Of a DNA stretch of 32,000 bases, positions 27,047-32,000 are shown piece after piece. Position 1 is the first letter of the stretch; each line of letters begins with the position of its first letter. Below the pieces are notes generated by a model. The model made no database searches. It was not told the origin of the DNA and saw only the letters and a list, made by a program, of their open reading frames with translations. The DNA is taken from assembly GCF_036323395.1 (NCBI RefSeq), contig NZ_AP028907.1:570001-602000 (forward strand), read 5' to 3'. This DNA comes from Pyrodictium abyssi. Its GTDB lineage: Archaea > Thermoproteota > Thermoprotei_A > Sulfolobales > Pyrodictiaceae. The position numbers and the translations under genes are program-made.

Positions 27047-27356
27047 GTGGCTGGACTGCTGAGGGCTCTGCATGGGCTTCTGGCGGTGTGGGTGTGCTGA
27101 TGCCCGGCGTTGTCCTTGCTGGCGGGTGGTTGGTGTGCTGGCTTGTTTCTTGGGTCGCTGTTGCCGCTGGGTGGTGTCTCATGGGCTGTGCTAGGGGTTT
27201 CGCCGCCGGGGGTCCGGGAGTTGTTGTCTAGGTGTTCCCTGGCTGGCTTGGTGCTGTGGTGTTTCTGCAGTAGTTTTTAAATCGTAATAACTGGGGGCTG
27301 GATTTATACGTGGGTAGCTGCGTCGGGTCTGGAGGCCCTCCTGGGGGCTTCCTGAG

Positions 27357-28106
27357 TTGCGGTTGTCCGACTTGTTGCTCTACATTGTGTCGAGGTTTCC
27401 ACGGGGTATTGGCCGTACCAGGCTTATGAAGCTCTTGTTCCTAGTTGATGCTGTAGCTGCTGAGAGGCTTGGGCGCGTGGTTAGTGGTGTGGAATGGCGC
27501 CGCTGGCGCTACGGGCCTTTCTCCAAGGAGGTGCTTAATGTCCTGGACGAGCTCGTGGAGGAGGCGTTGCTGGCCCTAGATCCGGGCCCGGAGGTGAGGT
27601 ATGTAGCGCTAGCGGAGCCCCCTGAGCTTCCTGGGGATGTGAAGGAGGTCGTGGACTACGTTGTTGATAGGTATGGGTTTATGCCGCTAACGGAGCTCCT
27701 TAAGGAGGTATACGATAGGTATGACATACATGGTATGGCTATGGGTGAGAGGATTATTCTTGACTGGCGCCGGGAGCTCCTGGAGCTTGCCGAGAAGGCG
27801 GACAGTGATATGGACGCCCTCGTGGAGCTTATGGGTAGGCTCTACGACGCGTATAGGGATGCTCTCGAGGCCCTGCCTGGCGAGACCCTAACCCTCTACA
27901 ATATAGCCGCAGTGTACCTCGCCAGCCGCGACCCGGAGAGGCTGAGGAAGCTAACCACAACGCTCCTTGACGTACTAGACGAGGTCAAGAAGGAGATATC
28001 GACGGGTGGGAAGGGAGGGGCTGTCATCTCCGCCGAGACGCGGCGGAGGATAGCAGAGCTGTACCGTGAGCTGCGTAGGGCTGCCGTAGAGGCCCTGGAG
28101 GGCTAG
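27357..28106 (+). CDS. Panacea/SocA-like (DUF4065) domain protein
   Basis: GRTRLMKLLFLVDAVAAERLGRVVSGVEWRRWRYGPFSKEVLNVLDEL matches the DUF4065 pattern. Confidence 0.68.
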   Translation: MRLSDLLLYIVSRFPRGIGRTRLMKLLFLVDAVAAERLGRVVSGVEWRRWRYGPFSKEVLNVLDELVEEALLALDPGPEVRYVALAEPPELPGDVKEVVDYVVDRYGFMPLTELLKEVYDRYDIHGMAMGERIILDWRRELLELAEKADSDMDALVELMGRLYDAYRDALEALPGETLTLYNIAAVYLASRDPERLRKLTTTLLDVLDEVKKEISTGGKGGAVISAETRRRIAELYRELRRAAVEALEG

Positions 28107-28115
28107 GCGGACGGC

Positions 28116-29006
28116 TTGCAGTTTCTCTACCTGGACTCCTACTACTTCTACGCGCCCATTCCCCGGGTTCTCTGGCTCAGGGAGAAGCTGGGAAAGACGG
28201 GTATCCGCGGTTATAGGCTCCTCTATATGCAGTTCTCGAGCCCCAGCTATTTCCTAAAGAGCCTAACCCGTGTCATAGCCGGCTACAGTGTAACTAGCAT
28301 AGCAGTGCCAGCGTACAGCACTACAGCGCGTAGAGGGGGTAGAGGTGGTGCACTGAAGCCTCTGGAGAAGCTTCTCAAGATACTAGGCCCGCTGTTCAGC
28401 GGGAGGGAGAGGAGCAAGACCATCAACGTGCTTCACCTGGCTAGGCTGGTGGGGGAAGAGCAGGCAGCCATACTGGATTTCCTCATATTCCTGTACAGTC
28501 ACGCAGAGAGAGCGGAGAGAATCATCGCTGAGGGTGCATGCGACGCTAGGGTAGAACGTAGAGTGCCACGACACGTGGCTAAGCAGCTCCAGAGGCTTCC
28601 GGCGCCAGAGAGCCTTGCCCAGCTTATCCGGCAGCAGGTCTCTCTATACAAGCTGTATGCCGGGTACATGGCGTGTAGCGCCTGCCGGCTCCTGGGGCTC
28701 AGCTATCCACACGGCATGAACACTATAAACAGGCTCGATAACCTCGGGGAGGGAGACCTTACAGTGTTCCTGTCCACCCGTTGTCCGCAGTGCAGCAGCT
28801 CATGCCCGCCGGGGAAACACCGAGACGACATAGCGAGAGCGATCACGCTCCACAGATACGCGGCACAGAGGCCCGGCCACAAAATAGTCATAGCGAGTAT
28901 TGAATCCGTTAAGAAGCCTCCTAGGGACGAGAGCAAACGCGAATGCTTCTCCTGCCTCGCAGACTGCTTAGCATCACTCCTACCTAATATCGACACCATA
29001 ATGTAG
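28116..29006 (+). CDS. Cys-rich protein of unknown function, probable operon partner of the Panacea-like gene
   Basis: 296 aa; CSACRLLG, CPQCSSSCPPGKH, CFSCLADC clusters; 9 bp after the upstream stop. Confidence 0.7.
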   Translation: MQFLYLDSYYFYAPIPRVLWLREKLGKTGIRGYRLLYMQFSSPSYFLKSLTRVIAGYSVTSIAVPAYSTTARRGGRGGALKPLEKLLKILGPLFSGRERSKTINVLHLARLVGEEQAAILDFLIFLYSHAERAERIIAEGACDARVERRVPRHVAKQLQRLPAPESLAQLIRQQVSLYKLYAGYMACSACRLLGLSYPHGMNTINRLDNLGEGDLTVFLSTRCPQCSSSCPPGKHRDDIARAITLHRYAAQRPGHKIVIASIESVKKPPRDESKRECFSCLADCLASLLPNIDTIM

Positions 29007-29099
29007 TACTCCCTACAGTCTACCGACCCCTGCACTTATGGGCTGTGTAAGGGTTAACTGGTCCTAGGCTGCTGGAGCCCTATACGTGGGCTGGGGGCT

Positions 29100-29339
29100 G
29101 TGGCTGCTAGGAGGCTTAAGTGGATCGTTGTCGACCCCAGGGTTTGTCATGGTAAGCCCGTGTTCAGGGGTACTAGGATACTGGTCTCTGACGTGCTGGA
29201 GATGCTTGCTGAGGGCATGTCCATCGACGAGGTGCTTGAGGAGTATCCTCAGCTGAAGAGGGAGATGATCCTCGAGGCGCTGGGGGTGGCTGCCGAGCTT
29301 CTGCGGAGGGAGAGGCGTGTCATACCGCTTCCTGCTTGA
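29100..29339 (+). CDS. DUF433 antitoxin-like protein
   Basis: IVVDPRVCHGKPVFRGTRILVSDVLEMLAEGMSIDEVLEEYPQLKREMILEAL. Confidence 0.88.
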   Translation: MAARRLKWIVVDPRVCHGKPVFRGTRILVSDVLEMLAEGMSIDEVLEEYPQLKREMILEALGVAAELLRRERRVIPLPA

Positions 29340-29657
29340 CGAGAACATCCCGAGGAGCATCTATAGGATGCTTAGGAGGAAGGGCTTCCACGCCGAGTAC
29401 GTCCCCATGGAGTGGACGATGACACCGTGATGGGGATAGCCAGGGAGAAGGGCCTGGTGCTCGTGACCAGGGATAGTGGCTTCGCCGACGAGGTGCGTTA
29501 CCCGCCTGGCACGCACCCTGGCATAGTAGTGCTTCGTGTGCATCCCCCGCTCCTAAGCGTTCTAGCTGAGCGCCTAGCCAGGGCCCTGGAAAGGCTAGAC
29601 CGGCTGGACGGAAAGCTCGTGATCATCTACAATGATAGAGTCGAGGTAGTTGGGTGA
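29317..29657 (+). CDS. DUF5615 (PIN-like) toxin-like protein, frame break near 29410
   Basis: GTG 29317: SYRFLLDENIPRSIYRMLRRKGFHAEYVPMEW then, in another frame, DDDTVMGIAREKGLVLVTRDSGFADE... Confidence 0.75.
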
Positions 29658-29964
29658 CCCCTCTTCCGCGTCGAAGGAGTACCCGTGTGAGCTACTCCGC
29701 TATAGCGCTATGCACGGTGCGTCGTAGACTGTTACCCCCTGGAGACTGCTAGCCGGGGATGTCGTGCTCTAGGCCGCTGGGCTCGAGTACGACCATGCCC
29801 TGTACCGGCTCCGCGGAGCCGCTAGCCGGGGGCTGATTCCCCGGGCCACCGGCCGATTCTGCCCAGCGTCTAGGAAGCGCGCCTAAGCCCCGGGAGGAAT
29901 AAGCCTGGAGGAAGAGGGTTACCAGTATTTCGAGAGCCCACAGCACCCCCGGGGGGTGCTGGCT

Positions 29965-30298
29965 TGTGCCCCGGGGGTTGTCCGCGCCAGCTACGAGAGG
30001 GGCGTCCTGAAGCTGCTCGACAGGGTGGACTCCAGGGGAGGGCGAGGAGGTGGTTGTAAGTATTAGGGGAGGGATATCCGCTCCATCCTCCGCAGGTATA
30101 AGGGGGGCTCTCGGCAAGGCTAGCCTGGAGGAGCTCCTCCGACTAGAGGAGGAGGCACACCCAATGAACCACCTGGTCTACCTAGACACCAGCATCATGC
30201 TGAGCATCCTCCTGGAGACAGAGAAGTACCAGGCTGCCCGGCCCAGGGAGCCCCCGGGGGATGCTATAGCAGAAGCACCCTCGTTATCTTCTCGTTGA
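29965..30298 (+). pseudogene. Remnant DUF104/PIN toxin-antitoxin pair (antitoxin frame break, PIN domain truncated)
   Basis: VVRASYERGVLKLLDRVDS ... GEEVVVSIRGGIS...LEELLRLEEEAHP then ATG 30164 MNHLVYLDTSIMLSILLETEKYQAA, ending without the rest of a PIN domain. Confidence 0.6.
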
Positions 30299-30600
30299 CC
30301 TCCTGCCTCAGCATAGGCCCGGCTTCGCCCAGCTCCCCCGCTATAAGCTTCTTGTGCAGCGTCGCTATCTTCGTGAGCTTGATCACCGAGTCCACCTTAA
30401 GCCCGGTCATAGCGTACTCCGGGTGGCTGCGTGCCACGAGAACATTAGTCTCGGGGTCGTACCCTCTCTAGCCGCGACGAGATAAAGGCCACGACGACGT
30501 CCCGGCCGGAGTCGTGGAGCACCAGAGCAGGCCTCAGCTTACGGCTAGAGAGATCCGTAAAGGGGAAGTATATGAGCACTATCTTACCCTTCCAGGGTCC
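30264..30600 (-). CDS. PemK/MazF-like toxin, frame break near 30470
   Basis: Reverse strand: GKIVLIYFPFTDLSSRKLRPALVLHDSGRDVVVAFISSRLERV then, in another frame, YDPETNVLVARSHPEYAMTGLKVDSVIKLTKIATLHKKLIAGELGEAGPMLRQEVNEKITRVLLL*. Confidence 0.65.
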
Positions 30601-30790
30601 TCCTCCGTGTAGGCATCCGGCTCCTCCTCGAGGAACTCACGCAGGCTCTCCTCCTGGAGCCGCAGCAGCTCATACTCCTCGACAAGCTCCAGGAACCTGT
30701 CAAACTTGTCGCTCACAAGCAACCCCATAATCCTCTCAATACGCTCCCGGAGCCCCCGGCGGGTCTACACCCCGAGGAACCTCGATGACG
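30579..30790 (-). CDS. Short acidic antitoxin-like ORF upstream of the PemK-like toxin
   Basis: ATG 30728: MGLLVSDKFDRFLELVEEYELLRLQEESLREFLEEEPDAYTEEDPGRVR*; an adjacent upstream frame reads PGTIVIEVPRG, suggesting another frame break. Confidence 0.5.
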
Positions 30791-31166
30791 ATAGTACCCG
30801 GCAAAGGAGCAGACACCCCAGCACCCGCGCCCGGATAAGCCTAGCCCACGCGCCACAGCCAGCCCTCGGCAAGTCCGCCAGCCATACTCTGCAAGGATAT
30901 ATGGTATCATCACGGTATAGCGTAGCCGGTGTACTATACAGTGGCTAGGAGTAGAAACATACTGCCCTACAGCGAGCGCCTAGGAGCCTGCCCTCCCCGG
31001 GCTAGGCCTGTGTAGCAGGTGGGTCTCCTCCCGGGGGCTCCGTGGGGGCTGTTGGCGGCGCTCCTGGGGGTGCCGGGGCCCGTAGCCCCCGGTGGGCGTC
31101 TCTTGCCGGGTGTGCATGTAGGCCTTTTAGGCTGCCGGTGTACTGGTTCGGGGGTGGTGTACTGGT

Positions 31167-32000
31167 GTGACGCGCTTCCTGCTTATGACGCCGGGCCCGA
31201 CTGTGGTGGACCCGGAGGTCCTCCTGGAGCTCGCCCGGCCGACGGCGAGCCACGTGTCGCCTGAGTTCGACGAGCTGCACCGCGAGACCCTGGAGATGCT
31301 GGGGAGGGTGTTCGGCACCCGGGGGCGTGTCGTGCTCTTCCCGGGGAGCGGTACTGCTGCGATGGAGCTGGCTGTGAGGAGCGCTGTGGGCCCTGGCGAG
31401 CGGGTGCTGGTGCTCCGCGCGGGCGTGTTCGGGGACTACCTGGCCGAGGCGGCTCGGAGCGTTGGGGCTCGGGTCGACGTGGCCAGGGTGGAGCCTGGCA
31501 GGGGGTTTACGGCGTCTATGCTGGAGGAGCTCCTCTCCAGGGCCAGCTACTCCGCTGTACTGTTCCAGCACGTGGACACCTCTACCTCTGTTGCTAACCC
31601 GGTGGCCGAGCTAGCCAGAGTGGCTAGGAGGCACGGCGCCCGGGTCGTGGTCGACGGAGTGGCCTCGATAGGCGGCATGGAGATGAGGATGGACGAGTGG
31701 GGCGTGGACGTATGCTTCACGGGCTCGCAGAAAGCGCTCGCCACGCCGCCGGGCCTAGCAGTGGTGGCGTTCCGCGAGGGCTTCGAGCCCCGCAGGGACA
31801 CCTCTACCGTCTTCTTCAACGTGGAGAAGCTCCTCGCGGAGATGGAGACCACCCGGAACTACTACGTGACGCCCGCTGTGAACCTCGTGTACGGCCTCAA
31901 CAGGTCGCTCCGCCGGATAATGGAGGAGGGGCTCGAGGAGCGCTACCGCCGCCACCGGGCCCTAGCCGAGGCCGTGCAGGCGGGCCTCGAGGCCCTCGGG
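31167..32000 (+). CDS. Class V aminotransferase (alanine-glyoxylate/serine-pyruvate type), 3'-truncated by the window
   Basis: GTG start; MTRFLLMTPGPTVVDPEVL...VLFPGSGTAAMELAVRSAV...VVVDGVASIGGMEMRMDEWGVDVCFTGSQKALATPPGLAVVAF; open to the end of the window, hence absent from the track. Confidence 0.92.
   Translation, partial: MTRFLLMTPGPTVVDPEVLLELARPTASHVSPEFDELHRETLEMLGRVFGTRGRVVLFPGSGTAAMELAVRSAVGPGERVLVLRAGVFGDYLAEAARSVGARVDVARVEPGRGFTASMLEELLSRASYSAVLFQHVDTSTSVANPVAELARVARRHGARVVVDGVASIGGMEMRMDEWGVDVCFTGSQKALATPPGLAVVAFREGFEPRRDTSTVFFNVEKLLAEMETTRNYYVTPAVNLVYGLNRSLRRIMEEGLEERYRRHRALAEAVQAGLEALG

Noticed and set aside
29749-30117. 122 aa minus-strand ORF, Pro-rich
   Set aside because: Antisense to the degraded DUF104 antitoxin; no coding signature. 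A VYDAPCIAL-like PIN remnant in this area was too weak to claim.
31002-31571. 189 aa minus-strand ORF (and 31547..31852)
   Set aside because: Antisense to the clear class V aminotransferase starting at 31167.
1-32000. CRISPR arrays, rRNA genes, complete tRNA genes, transposases or integrases
   Set aside because: None could be recognised on reading both strands; a covariance scan would be needed to exclude intron-containing tRNAs.

Overview
The window is high-GC, densely coded DNA that looks like a hyperthermophilic crenarchaeon of Pyrodictium/Hyperthermus type. That assignment is an inference from coding style and gene content. Backbone genes include a sulfur/polysulfide-reductase-like molybdoenzyme operon (NrfD-like, MopB, 4x[4Fe-4S]; 2064-6518), a sulfite-oxidase-fold oxidoreductase, a UPF0201 protein, hypA plus an Mrp/MinD-type hypB, purE, and a 3'-truncated class V aminotransferase that the ORF track misses (31167 to the edge). 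The rest is accessory. It holds (i) a translationally coupled two-gene McrBC-like system (20885-24228) with a PUA/EVE-like N-terminus and a PD-(D/E)XK partner without an obvious canonical McrC layout; (ii) an OLD-like ATPase/TOPRIM split pair next to a second, frame-broken OLD-like ATPase (15993-19394); (iii) a Panacea (DUF4065)-type gene followed by a Cys-rich protein of unknown function (27357-29006); and (iv) many toxin-antitoxin loci: AbrB/PIN, DUF104/PIN x3, DUF433/DUF5615, UPF0175, and an unlisted PemK/MazF-like pair. Two tRNA-Arg-like 3'-half sequences about 980 bp apart flank one intact TA pair. At least a dozen single-base frame breaks interrupt otherwise well-preserved proteins. This suggests either assembly indels or widespread recent decay, and it should be resolved before any gene here is called a pseudogene.
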